The notes: generated by a model from the sequence alone, not told the origin. A DNA stretch of 64,000 nt from Yuukianura sp. NJ FZ-2021 (GCA_046563655.1 CM102289.1:3658001-3722000), one strand, 5' to 3'. Counted from the stretch's first letter, positions 26,101 to 41,643 are shown. Numbers and translations are program-made.

Positions 26101-29100
26101 CAGACATATCGTGGTCACTGGGTCTTGGATGCCCTGGAAGCCAAAGATCTTCTCTATCTCGTCTCATCCGTGATTCTGTCATGTTAACGAGTTCAGCCAA
26201 AGTGCTAACTCCTGGCCCATCATCTGGCTCCACATTTGGGTTTTCAATCATCCACGTCGCTAGTTGGCTCACCGCTCCCAATGACAAGTCTCCTCGTAGG
26301 CCCAGTGCTGAACAAGCATTTCGAATGTGTCTCGGGGTGAAGCCCATTTCGATCAGTTGAGTTGGTATATAGCGCTGAGGTTGTAAACCAGGTCGTGATG
26401 GCATTCCAACAGTCTCCAATCGAGTGCTTTCAGATCCCGGCGGAGATGGGCTTCTGCGAACTCGTCTCCGAAGAATCACTGCGCCATTATTGTTACGATG
26501 AATAGACGACGAGGCTCTGCCACGCGGTACGAAGCTGGTGCTAATAAGGCCGCCTTGACTGGATACGACTGAGTCCGGATCAAATCTTGGACGAGCACGT
26601 CTTGGTGGTCCTTGGTCGTCTCCGGTGTCTGTGACAAGTGAACTCTGACCAGACGTTGCTAAAAGAAAATTCCAATAATTTAATATTTGGCTATATTTTA
26701 TACGTCTATCCATAAATAATGCAAATAACGGTTTACTTCTGGGATAAAGTTGCCGAGCCAAGTTGGCCAGCGACACCGGACTAGCTTGTGACGGAGCTGC
26801 TTGGTTGAGTGAAGAGGCGATTCGACGTCTTCTGACCTCGTCCTCCACGTACTAATTACAAACATACGTTAATTAGCGGAAATTTGGATATTGGAATGCA
26901 CTTTGTACTATAAAATAACTCCTCCGATGCTTTCTCCAGAATCAGTCTGGAAATACTGAATTGAAAGTGTTCAGTCCAGGCACATTTTTTTGACAGATAA
27001 AAGTGTGTAGGATTAGTCCTAATAGTAAATATTTGAATTGTGAATTACCGCTTCAAGACGTTCGACAGTTGACGAATTCGTGTGACCATTAGCATCCCGT
27101 GGTAAGTTGAATGGATTTGTAAACGGACTGATCATGCGTCGTATCGAAGCCAGGGCTGCTGCTGCTTCTTGCTCATGTAGGTCCAAGTTCGTAGTATGCA
27201 TAGTATGTTGGTTAATTGTCGATGAAGCACTATTGACGCTTGAGTCCAACTGGTCTGGAGGAAATTCCAAGCGAGATGCAAAACTAGGTCCGAGAGAATC
27301 CAGTAAGTGTTTCACGTGTAGGTGATGGATGATCGTCTGAAGGCGTTCCAGATCCGAAATTGGCACAAGTTTTACCAGTTTACAAGGTTTCACACTTGCC
27401 TAAATAAAAATTAGTTAGGTATTTGAATTTGAAGTTTTTGAATTAAGTTTTCGACAACCAGAAATACTTTGGTTCAGATTACATTGACAAATGCAGAGAA
27501 CGATTCGGCTAACGCAGTTTGGAGATTTGAAACTTCAACGCAGTACGGACAATCTCCACCGTTGGCTGTTTGAATAAGCTTCCCACACTTAGGACATACG
27601 TTATTTCCTTGTGAACCGCAACTGGAGTCGTCTTTTTCACTCATGGAAGGACGTTCTGCTCTGCGCTTCTTAGGAACCAAAATGTACTCCGCAAAGTAAT
27701 TGCAACTTAGCAATGTACTCAACGCCTTCATGGCACAGAACTGAATCGAGGCCAGTTTCAAATAGGCCGATTCCAAGCGAAGTTCTCCCTTTCTTTTCTC
27801 AGTCTATGAATAAAATGAAGTGTCATCATAATAACATTGAAAAGAAACCTCTGTGACATTTTGAGAATAAGTATTGCTTACCTTAGACATTAGCAGACCA
27901 GAGTCGGAATTCCGGTGGCGGAGACTAGCACTGTTTGCATTTGACTCGATATTGTTGGTACGTGTGACCTCTTGCAGAATGTTGGTAACCTGAATCAGGT
28001 TTTATAAGATTATCCGAATCGAGTTGACCTTCGAGTTGGTGAGTAAAAATGAAATATAGTACCATTTGAGCAGAGATTGCCTCAACCGCTGTAGTGCTGG
28101 TAGAATCGGGTGAAGTATGGGCGTGACGATGATTGTCAAGATCTGATTGATATAAAGGAACAAGTGAGGGGTTATCCCAAAGAGCAGTTCTGGAAGCTTC
28201 TCCAGCGACGCACTTAAGCGAAGTTGTAAGCTGCTCGTCAGTCGCCGAATCATCCTCAAATGCCTCTTCAGTTAAATTGTCTCGCATCTTTTCAAATGGA
28301 TTGTCCGGGTCTTCGTTGGGCAAATGGACCTGAAATGGCGTTTCATTATATCACATACTGTTTCAATCATGGGGTAAGTTTTTTTTTTAAATAAATTTAT
28401 TTGAACAAGCTTACCTCGTTTGTGATTCCCGTCAATTTAGTAAGGAAAGTGACGATATCTCCAGTCAGACATGTAAATCGATTTGCGTTGAATGCCACAG
28501 ATGAACATGCTTCTAGTGATGTAACAGTTGCATCCCTACAACAAAGTAAAACGTAAACTGTCATCAAATAGGGCTACAAAATATGATTCGACAGTTTTCC
28601 TTGGTCATTGCATTAACAAAACTTACCCAATTACAGAGTCATCGTCCCACTGAACTTTGACATTGGGGGTCCCAATTCTCAGTGTCCCCAACAAAACGCC
28701 TCGCTTACCATTGACTTTATGGACGCACTTTCCGCCTACTCTCAGTCCACTATCAACACCACCAATTACTGCCAACACTGGCCAGACTTCTCGGCATAGA
28801 CGCTCCGTGTCTTCGTAACTGCTCGGAACGAGTTTCCTTGACGCTTCATCCAAGGACTCTTCCATTCCTTCTGAGCTAAGACTAGATTCCGTGGGTGTAC
28901 GATCTCCTCCACCGAGATCGTAAATCAGTTCTTTGCCCATGTATAACCGTTCCATCATGCACTCGTTCACCTGAAAGGCAAAACAAGGAATTTATTACAA
29001 TCGAAGTTGAAATTGAAACTTGACTCATGACTCCAAATAATTTACAGCTTTATTCCAGGACTCCGTCGAATCGTGCAGCGTTCGGATGAGGGCAATGTGA

Positions 29101-32100
29101 GATTCCGCAAGCGTCGGCGCAAAGGGAGCCGTTTGCGGCTCTCCGGTCAAGAGCGTCTTCAAAGCCTTTTTGGGAGCAAAGTCAGTGATTTTAACCTAAA
29201 ACGAAAATATCGAAAATATTTGTTCAAAATCATGCTTAAATTCCAATTCGAGATAAGTATTTGTTTGAAATGTTGTTTTACTCGTTCGCCAGGATTGTTG
29301 CTGTAAAACAGTACGCAGGGGTAGAGTTCTGTAGCATCCAGGTTATGAAACGCAACCTGTGGATCTTCTCCATTTTTAGCAAAACTTAGAGTTTTGTTAT
29401 CCATGTCCAGAATTACGCTGATGTAGTCCCCTTGCGTGTAACTCGGAAGCGATTGTCCTAGTTCGCCAGAATGATAAAGATTTCCACTGGAAGAGATAAA
29501 AAAACCTGTAAAGCATCGCATCATCTTCATCATCACTCATCAGTTGGAATAATCTTGTAATCGGTCCCAATTGGAAGTCGTCATAAAATTGGAAAATGGC
29601 ACAATGTGCATCGAAAATGGCACAATTCGTAGCACTTTAAGCTTTTGTTCCATTTTTAATAAAATTTTATTTAAAAAGTGACCACTCAGATTGCCACGAC
29701 CCCCTCCCCGGAGCCCGAAGGCTTCCGAGGAACGGTCATCGGAGACCGAGTTTCGTCCAGACGGGCGACACTCGGCCAGTCTCACGCTCAGAGACCGTGG
29801 CTACCTCTCCTCCTCGTGGTTTGTTCCTTCGCCAAAGAGGCTAAGGGTTTGAGCATTCATACTAAAGAAATGATCCTTTGAAGTATGATCTCGAATTCTG
29901 CACTCCCAGGAAAGCTAAACTAGGCCACAAGCATAGAAAACACAATCCAGACCATACACAATTTCAGGGAATTAAACAGCTAGTTAAATAGATTATCGAT
30001 ACAACAATTACACCATTTTGAGCAATAGTTCAAGGGCTGTCAGAATATTTCATCAAACTTTAGAAAAAACAAATGCTGATAATTGAGTATTTTGATTTTA
30101 GCGAATGGCGTTTCAAATTCATTACAAACATGTGCGACGTGCGAGTGGGGGGGGGGGGGATAAAAAAAAATACAACGCACAGCTGATCGTGTTTTTAGAA
30201 CCTCCTAAACCTCGGTTGACAAGGATAAACTGCATCCACTGTAACCGCGCATAGTACGTAAACATCGTTAAAATAATATTTAAACCACGAGTGATTACTG
30301 CTAATGGCGACTATTACTAAGTGTTAAATCTTACCTGTAAGCACGATAAAGCCACATGTCATCTGTCTGACGATGATTTTGATCTCTGACTGGATATTTG
30401 CAGACTCCTGTGACACAAATACATAAAGATCAATTAACATTAACATTATTTTATCATCTTCAGCTCATTCACATTCATCGTAAATGAAAAATGAACCCCT
30501 TTCATCTGGAATGAAATGGAATCACCACAAATCTTTCTTTGTGGGTTGCTTAATAAGCACACTAATCAGTCTTACCCACACATGTTCCTTCATTTCCTCT
30601 GTTTTCTTTTACGATTAAGAATTTCCACTGGTTACATCCAGAGGTAAATCCAATATTTGCAACACCGTAGCCTCGACCTCCTCGTCCATGAACTAGTGTC
30701 TGTCCTCCTTCCACATAACAGCAGCTAGACTTCGTAGTATCGAAAACAAGTTTTGGATTATGTTTCTGGTCCAACAGCAATTCGTCTCCTGCAATTGTTA
30801 AACAAAATAGACTTAAATACAAACCCAACGAATATAAGCGATCACACAAACTAAGTTTTGGCAGAAATGTCCTAAACTAATTCAATCCGAATGCCTTACC
30901 TTAACTGGAATTATATGCTCTCCTTTGATTTAAATCATGGCCGGAAATGAAAAATGGACTCACCATAAATACTTTTGCAGACGCTGTCACGACTCAAAAT
31001 ATTTCGCTTGGCTCTCTCGTAGATCGGGACGTTCCACATACAGTCTGACAGTTGTTGTAGGAGCTCTCGAGCCACCTTAGAACACAGATTTAAAATTCAG
31101 GAATTACTCTCGTCTAAGGCATGCAAATAAATATGTAAACAGCACTAACCTGTTCTCTGAAGTCAGAGAGATCTTTTGATAAATTGGTCAGCAGTGTTTC
31201 AAGAAGTTGAACAGCTAGAAGGCGAGGTCGAAGACCAGTGGCTGTGAAAATAATATTTCGGCACATCTCTTGCTCATATTCCCCAAGGATCCTTCCATGC
31301 TCATCTCGCTCTCGTGATTGTGAACGCTGATTTGAGCTTGGTCCTGGCATACCATCAAGTGTTTCTTCACCTCTTGAGCTGGAACGACTGTCATCTTCAT
31401 CGGAATAATCACGGGCGAAATTCAAGAATGTTCCCGTGTCATTGCAAGGCTTTGCTGATAAAAACGCTAGTATCAATTTGATCCAACTCGGCTTGCTCAA
31501 GAACTTGCTCATTCGACTTTTGGAAATGAGGTGTCGAAGAAACACAAAGTAGTCTCCAATCCGACTCTCAAGTTCTAACTTCATATGCGGAGTTGGTAAC
31601 TTCATAGCTTGAAATTGTTGTTGCTCCTGCTAAAAAGAACAAAGGCAATGATCGAATCGCATTTCATTAAAAAAAAGAACTGAAATTAAATATTTTTGCT
31701 TACAAAAGGTTCAGGTTTCAACGAATCCATGACTGGAGATAGCGTTTCTGGAGTCCCAATAGGTGTTGGCGAATCGGCTTCGGAAACAAGACGGTTTCCA
31801 CATAAAGCAGCCATCAACGTCGTCAATTGAGAATATAGCACATCAACTACTCGGCCAACAATTGAGTCATCCAATTTGCTTGCATGAATTCTGCATAATA
31901 AAGAAAACAAACGGAATGAGCAATAGTGATTCAGACCCATGTTTCAGTATCAGTCAAAACTCAAAACTTTAGCCTTACGCGGTTGCTACGGCCAGCATAT
32001 GTAAAAGACGAAGACTCGCCACGCTAACATAGTTGGGATAAGATCCTCCGGATTTTGTAACAAGACTTGTGGAACAAGTCATGCGCTCCATCAGTGCTGG

Positions 32101-35100
32101 ATCCGACGAGTTGCAAAAGTTTTCCAACACAGGAAGTAATCCAGAAGTTACCATCAGAGTAACGTCGTTAGCATTAAAACGTCCACTTAGCGTAAACAGT
32201 TTCAGGAGTCGCACTTCGTCACTTTTGTCACAAGAGTGGTAAGCCTTAATTTCATCATCATCAATCCCAGTTCCAGAACAAAGGCCTTGCGGATCAACGA
32301 AAAGTTGGAGTTGTAAACGAGCAATGATCCAGCGCATAATTTCATGCACTGAATGCACAACCTCTGTTTGCATTTGATACGGAGCTGCTTGAATTCCATC
32401 CAAGTAATGGCAGAACGTGATATGAAGGTCAAAATTATTAAAGAACTTTCCAGCAGAAGATGGGAGTCGATCAGGAAAAGAATTTTCGGCAGAAATTCCA
32501 AGCTGAAAGCACCCAGCAATGAAGAATTCATGAACAGATGACAAACATCTTGCAGTCACATCAGCTGGTGAACTTGAGGTGGACGAATCATCTCGTACTT
32601 CTGCCAGAATCAAATTCAATACTTGCTCCAACGCTTGGATTCGAATTCTTGCTCGTTGCGAATGTTTCCGCATTGCTTTCAGTATCACTTGCGGTTTAGC
32701 GTTGAATCCTTTAGTTGAACTAAGCACAGAGTCTGCAAACCAGTCTCGTTTGTTCGACACAAGTTCAAACGCAACAAAGCGCAAAATGTTCCGGCCCAAC
32801 TTTCGAACTTGTACCATCGCTTTCTTTCCAGTGTTATTTTGGTGACGACTTTCTGGAGACTGGAAAGTTTCTGACGACTTGGTAGAAACTACACTGTCAG
32901 CATCATCATCATAGAAAAAGAAACTTTCCTCCAACTCCTCTGATTCTGAAGAAGCAGTGTCACGATCATGGTCCATAACTTGTTTTCGTGGAACAAAGTT
33001 CACTGCAGACTTGATGCATATCAGTAGAAATAGGCACTTCCGAATGATTCTGCGACAGAGTTTTTCATAGTTCGGACCCGAATCTTCCTGCTGAGCTACC
33101 GGGGAAGGCTGCTGCTGCAGAAAACCCGAACGCACATCTTGGAACGTGTTGTCGTTTTCGAGTGTAAGAAATGAATCAGACGCTGGCGGCGACCCGGAAA
33201 CTTCTTGAATGTTTCGATTAGGCGGAAACTGTTTTCTCAGTAATTCGTCTTGCTTCTTAGCCATCAATCGACTTCGAATATGAAACACCAATGCAAATAC
33301 TTCTTGTATCTTTGCATTGTGTCTGAGTTCTGAAAATGACATATCCGCTATGTGTCCAATGAGACCAGTATGCTTCAGTAGAGCTAAGATGAGAACACGA
33401 GAAACAGAGTCCAATAGTTTTTCGTCATGAACATCACAGGTATCCCAGTCAAGACTTTTTGCATGCTCGAACATGAGTTCATACAGGCAAGTGACTCCCG
33501 CTCCATCACTGTTGCTTGACGAACAGGAAGAAGTGTCAGCATCTTCATCTTCTTCATCAGTAAGTTCTGTACGTACTGGAAGAATTAGATAGAACACACC
33601 GCCGATTACGGATGGCATTTGCTTGGCTACGCGTGTCAGTTCGTCCATCCAGTTCTCACTTCCGTTGGTAAACAAGTTGGCAAGGTCATCAACTACAAAA
33701 TCAACTTGCTCATGACTATCTTCCAGCCCATGAGAGAACATCTACAAAATTAAGCAAAAACGATTTAAGTAAAACCAACTATCGTCGAATCAAAATACTT
33801 TTAGATTTGATCAACTTACTCTGCTGTTTAGCCACTGAAAACATTTTTCTTCTTCAACGGACAAAGCTGGTCCACGAATCATGTCACCGATGAGGCGCCC
33901 CACTAAATGACTACAACTTCGTTCCATGTCCAGGAACCAGGCCCACTTCCTTAGTTGATCAGTCTCGTCATTTCCAAACTCTCTTGTATTGGACCTTTTT
34001 TCAGTGTTCCAGTCTTCATAGTACTGAATCAGGATGGCTGGTGGAAGTTTCTTCGCAAGAGCTTCCATTCTCAGAAGAACTTTCAACAATTCATCCAGCA
34101 GTCTACGGAAGGAACACTTTGGAGGTAAAAGCATTTGAAGCACAACCCGAGAGAGCATTGCTCCACCAATGGAGTGGTACAGGATTTCCACGATATCTGA
34201 AAATGCAAATGAATTCGATAATTGGAACAAATGAATGAATTTTTCAAACTGAGTTGATTTGTAATCATAAGATAAAGAGTTATTTTCCTTACCGAACAAA
34301 CTGGAATACAGAATCGGCTTAGTTTCCAATAATTCCTCAATTCTTTTGTAAATAGTTGACGCCGTCGAAAACAGCTGAGTCAAATGTGTTTCCAGAATTT
34401 GCCAAAGTATCTCGTCCAGTTCTTCCCGTACGTGCATTTCAGAAGATGAGGTGGCTGTGCACAGCATCAAGCAATGCGCAAACAAATGGTTTTGCAGCGT
34501 TGTAAGTAAATTGTGCAGCTTGTGACTAAAAACTGACACAGAATTCTCAACCTCGAAGACTCCATGATCCTCGTCACTGGATTCTAGCAGCGAAATCCTC
34601 CGGTCAGTTTCTTCAGCCAAAATCTTCACCAATCTTCCCAAGAGTTCTTCAGTCCATTTGAGTTCACTCACACCAAACAGATCCTTCGTTTTTGTAGGTC
34701 TAGCGAGTGCCAAGATACTTGCTACTTGCTGATGATCTTCCAGACTAGAAAAAATAACTTTGCACAGCAGTTGTTGACCACGAGTTAGATTATTGACGTT
34801 GTCCAGCATCTCAAGTGCAACTCTGAGTTTCTCTCGAAGTGAGGGAAGTAGAATTGAAGCTCCAGAGGCCAGAGTTTCACTGACAGCTTGCTGAATACTG
34901 GAAGGTAGGTCCATATCAAGCATTTGGAAGAAGAGGATTCTTAGTTCGCTGACTCTGGCATGAAGAGAAGTTCCGAATTCAATTTCATTTGAACGTGTCA
35001 CCAAAACACGGCAATGCCCGTTCAGCAAAGTTAAGCACATCACTGCAAAGTCCACTTGAGCTGCTTGAGATGAAAAGGGTGGTGTGATGCTTGAGAAATC

Positions 35101-36939
35101 CATTCCATACTTCTTCAACAGTTTCAGCAAGACTGAGATCGTGTTTTCGTGGAAAATTAATGCAAACGGTTCTCGATCCCCGAATGAAGATAGTAGCGTT
35201 TTAGATGGCTTTTGATTTGAAGAAGTTGGAAAAAGAGGAGGAGGTACATTCGGAGTTGATGGATGATCCAGGCGTGATTCTTCGCCGATACCTCGCGTCA
35301 TGCTGATAATGACGAGCTGAATGATAAATCAAAAGTAAGCATATATATAATGATTTTTTAGTTTACTTCGATTAACTTTGAAATTCATGTTCAGTTTCTT
35401 ACCTCCTTCATAAAAGAAATTGCAGCCTCGTAGAGTGAGTAGCGCTCAACTAATCCCATTGCCAGAGTTGAACCAAAATTGAGAGTAGCATTCGGTTTCG
35501 GTCTGAGGGCAGACATGACACAGTCGTAGACTGCAGCGCTTATGTAGTGGTCACGACAACTTTCATTGCCTTGTGTGTCTGACATAGTATGAGCACCCTG
35601 AGCAGCAGTGACCATTGCCAACTGAATCCATTCAATGATGTACAACAAACTTCCGCGTTGAAGAGCCAATCCTAAAAGAATTTCAGCGGCATACACGCGG
35701 CCTAAAATGTACAAATAAACTGCATTAAGGCAAAGGAGTGATGAATAAAGCCATTGAAACCTTTTTTTTTTAAATAACTACTTTTTCGTCAAAATATGCA
35801 TATCTGAACACACTTACTTTCAACATTTGCTGTGTTTGAAGCTAGAACGATGCGTTCTAAGAATTGAGTAACATCGCTCAGACTTTGAAGCCCAAGTGCT
35901 GGAAGGGCTGATTCGTTGGAGAGTGAAAGCGGAGGTAAATTCCAAAGTAAATCCGACATTGTTCGCAAAACATCTGCACAAAGTTGCTTTTGATCTGAAA
36001 GAAACAAGGTAGACAATAAGTTTGTGTATTTCATCGATCTAGTAGTACCCACAACCACAAAGAATAAACGTTTTTACCTGAATTTGATCCACTGAGGTTC
36101 ATTTGAATCAATGAAAAGAAGAAACTAAGGCCAGTGCGAACGCCAAGCTCAATCAGCGTAGTAGTAGCGCAATGGGGTTGCTTTGCATTGGTGGCTTGTA
36201 TTGTTTCTCCAGTTTCTTGAAATCCCACCGTAGTAAACAAAGGAGTCGATGGAAGCTAATGGTTTAAATAAAGTCACATTTAATACAAAAACCACCCCAT
36301 AACCATTAACCAAACACTTTCACTCTCAGTCAGCGTTAGTTTTAGTTATGTCTTACGCAGGAATCTCGATCATGATACATCGTATGAATCGCATACAGAA
36401 TTCTGTGAATGACCAAAAGGCGTTTTCTCAGACTGGAAAAGAACTGGGATTCCATGCATACGGCGGAAGCTAGTTCCATTTGGGCTAAAAGTTGTGAAAC
36501 CAAATGCCGCTTCTGTTCCGCCACCGATGGCTCTTCCAAATCATAATCTTGGTACTGGAAGTGGTACTGATTATGAAGCGGAACAACAGGGTTTGGAATA
36601 GCCTCCTAAATAGACACAAAAGCAACAACAAACAGTTACAAATCATTCTTCGGGGTTTAGAAATCCTACACGTAATGACAAGTAAAAGTGTTTTGTGATA
36701 TTATTTTGACTAGACGAGTAAAAAATTCGTACCTTCTGTGCCACTAGCACATCAAATAGTGTTTGAGCTTCTTCCCGTGTCACAACACTGTCACAACTTT
36801 GATTTTGTAGGACCCATACGTTATTAAAGCTGCTGTTCCATGCCAACTTGTATGCTGCATTGGCCAAATTTCCAAATTTTGGTGTCGCTTGTTGCTGCGT
36901 GGTTCCTGTCCTAAGCTGAGTAATATTAGGTCCAGACAT
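17107..36939 (-). CDS. HERC1: HERC1-type giant HECT E3 ubiquitin ligase (SPRY, UBA-like, Zn-finger-like, one RCC1-like domain, HECT), multi-exon
   Basis: N-terminus KLAWNSSFNNVWV..VVTREEAQTLFDVLVAQK; SPRY QWKFLIVKENRGNEGTCVG..MWLYRAYSGNLYH; UBA-like LIEMGF; HPGC motif; RCC1 repeats (GEGSYGRLGLG, CGFKHSAV); HECT GEGADDAGGVFDDTITE, LPTAQTCFFQLRLPPY; tail LRYAINNCTCIDMDNYML. ATG 36939, TAA 17107-17109. Confidence 0.93.
17826..18128. other. ~300-nt nested multi-stem element in the last HERC1 intron (candidate structured RNA)
   Basis: Perfect inverted pairs: 17826-34/18120-28 (9 bp), 17836-49/18051-64 (14 bp), 17850-60/17885-95 (11 bp), 17924-31/18000-07 (8 bp), plus an imperfect hairpin at 18017-18047. 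Confidence 0.5.
20791..21513. mobile_element. Non-autonomous foldback (Mutator/Phantom-like) element in a HERC1 intron
   Basis: ~190-bp inverted arms built of ~14-15-bp ggtcggaa subrepeats. 8-bp direct repeat cttcaaaa at 20783-20790 and 21514-21521. Superfamily is inferred. Confidence 0.75.
29681..29892 (-). ncRNA. U3: U3 snoRNA (box C/D), nested sense in a HERC1 intron
   Basis: Minus strand reads GAGAUCAUACUUCAAAGGAUCAUUUCUUUAGUA (boxes A'/A), AAACCACGAGGAGGAGAGGUAGC (C'), CUGAGCGUGA (B), CGAUGACCGUUC (C), UCUGAGUGGU (D). Length ~212 nt, terminal ACCAC/GUGGU stem, cUUCGg hairpin, then CACTTTTT. Colinear with vertebrate U3 as remembered. Confidence 0.92.
29952..29974 (-). promoter_or_regulatory. 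Possible snRNA-type proximal sequence element upstream of U3
   Basis: TAATTCCCTGAAATTGTGTATGG starts like the insect PSEA core (TAATTCCC) but begins about -82, further upstream than the fly position (about -61). Confidence 0.3.
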
Positions 36940-37964
36940 AGCTTCTTTAATTTGAGGTGACCAGCAGGCACAAGCAAGTTACGTTGTCCTAAAACCGATT
37001 TTGTACAAGTTAGGCTATTTATGCAAATGGATCTAAAGGAATCATGACATTACATACTTACTTCATCAAAGATCCGATCCTATTCTAGGTGAAGACAATT
37101 TAACTCTAGCAGTACCCACTACCCAGCGATAGTCCGCCGAGCTTCACGCTCACGCAACAATGCAGGGCAGCCAATGAATGAATGTCAACGTCAACTTCCA
37201 CCAGGACACCAAAACCACCTTCGAACAATTAAATTAGGAAGAACTAAAAGCGAGAGATGAGAGAGCAATGAACTACTAGAAACGTCCTATCCGAAATCGT
37301 ACATCGAATTCCGAAATCCGCACAAATTCAGCTGTTTATTTCCTGTTTTGTTTGATCGTACAAAAAAAAAAACAACAGTAAACAAATTGAAAAATTAGTT
37401 GATAAAGGGACTAACGACAGGATTTGTACCCATGCAGTATGGCTGCTCATGTCGTCATTTTCAGTGACTAAATTAGAAGGCAACACCTAAGTGACAACAT
37501 ATGCAGTTGCAGTTCAGCCTAATCTCTGAAGTGGTAGCATAAGTTGCCGCATAGTGTAGCCATCAATATTAGAGCCGCAAAGTGGCTACACTATGGTCAC
37601 TGTAGCTTTTGTTAAACCTTACGCCAACCGACGAACCTTGTAAAAATTCTTGTCCAACACGCCACGAAGCACCCTCAACAGAAATGGGCATTTGGGATTT
37701 TTCAGAAAACAAGTTGCTAAATATTATATGATATTTGTTAAATTATTTTTATATACAACTGAATATCGTAATATATTTTTATATAATATATTTTTTGTGG
37801 TCCGATTCGGGCCAACTAGGTTTTTAATTCACGAGAATTTGCTACAAATTTTTACACGTGTATCTTTAAAATGAAATACATTATTTTATAATATAATAAC
37901 TAACATATACTGCATAATTCATGAAACGAATTTTGATAGACATCACAAAGGTTAGTTTGCAATT

Positions 37965-39260
37965 GAAGAAGCCAGAACAAGAAGTACACCTATTTTTATT
38001 TCTCGAAATTTAATTGTTTATTTTTTGGTGCATCTTGGTTGGAACCGAAATTTTGTTTCGAAAAATTAGAACTCACAAATTACGTCACCCAAAGGAGGGG
38101 AATTTCCGAATGAAAGGGCACCCGTCTTCACCGAACGTGGACGAATCGTCCCACCCCAAAAGTTTGTTCAAAATTTTGAATTATGAAATTTTGAATTTTG
38201 AGATCGGACTTTTTCACTGCTTGCCTGACAAAAGGTTTTACTATACCACTAGAAAATGGGTTTTTGACATTTTTGACAAAACAAAAATCACCGAAAAGAG
38301 GAAATCTGGGTTTTTAGCAGGTGTTGAAAATTTCACATCGCGCATACGCGAATTTTGGACAACTATAGAACCCCGACGCCATTTCCGGTCGCAGTCGAAC
38401 GTTCGCATTGCGTATCATGGATGGCAACATTTTCACGACAATACAGATTTTATTGCCAGCAGAAGTCACGGCTACACATGTGGAATTGTGACACTTTCCT
38501 CGCTCCCACCCGCAATTTCGCGTTTAAGAATGGGGCCATTCGCGAGGCAACATCTATTAAAATATAGCTCATGTTTATACTTTATAAATTCATATAGCAA
38601 ATTTGATGCTCACACCGTTCAGCACGATAATCGTCGCATTTCAACGCCGATTTTTGGTCGTATGCTAATCACATATGACATAATATATTGCGAAATTGGT
38701 CATCCGCGAGGTACGATTTTACTAGAATAAATAGAACAACAGATCATACAGTTCCATAATGCTCTTGCGCTTGCTCCGACGTAATTCGCTGATGTCGATT
38801 CAGAGTTTTTTCTGATTGGTTTTACTTTTCAATATTTACGTTTCGACCAGCTTCTAGTGCGACCATTTCACATTCAAACCTTTTCATATTGCGACGCATG
38901 CATTTGCGATCTTAGTACTTTTCGATCTTTTTATCTTAGACCGTGTTTCCTGCGACTTTATTGAGACGTTATTGCTTCCACCCAAATTATTTCCACAATA
39001 TAGCCAGCTACGTCCTTTTTCTTGCTGGCTTGTTTTGGCCCGCTCCACATAAATTTAGTGCTTACGTTTCGAAATAAGCTTCAAAATTTTGTTACCATTT
39101 TATAAAATAAAAAACTTCCGAACTCCGAAAGTAAAGGGTTTTGCGTGTTGTGCGTGGTACGTGAATGTTAGTTTTCAATCCGTTCCCAAAATCTCCTGGG
39201 TAACAGAATTAGAAAATTAAATAAAATTAAAATAGGTGTACTTCTTGTTCTGGCTTCTTC
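37965..39260. mobile_element. Non-autonomous DNA transposon (Sola1-like), 1.3 kb
   Basis: Perfect 32-bp TIR gaagaagccagaacaagaagtacacctatttt, flanked by AATT at 37961-64 and 39261-64. An AWWT target suggests Sola1, but AATT is palindromic so it could be part of the TIR. No transposase seen. Confidence 0.8.
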
Positions 39261-39531
39261 AATTAAAACAATAAATTAATTCATATACTGGAACTGGAAG
39301 TTAGACATTTAAAGATACCACACTGAATATGGTAGCCAACACCTCTACATGTTGTTCTTACAAAGTTTGGGACGTCAAATTAATTACCGATAACTACAAT
39401 AATTAATTTTCAGAACTGACACATCGAAATTGGTAAAACAAAGTGTAAATGCAACATCCCTCTTTTATAATGTAAGATAAATGGTTTAGTCTTTAGTGCT
39501 AGAAATGCTCTTGCTATTTAGGTTTAGATTT

Positions 39532-41643
<2,112 letters not shown>

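Noticed and set aside
29730..29760. Hammerhead ribozyme (GGACGAAAC and CCGAUGA on the minus strand)
   Set aside because: Stems I and III cannot form; the sequence is explained by U3 snoRNA box C and its hairpin.
30146..30159. Poly-G run as a G-quadruplex element
   Set aside because: Simple intronic homopolymer of unreliable length with no other support.
38014..38730. 238-aa ORF as a transposase
   Set aside because: Non-ATG start, no DDE or DNA-binding motifs recognised; lies inside a non-autonomous TIR element.
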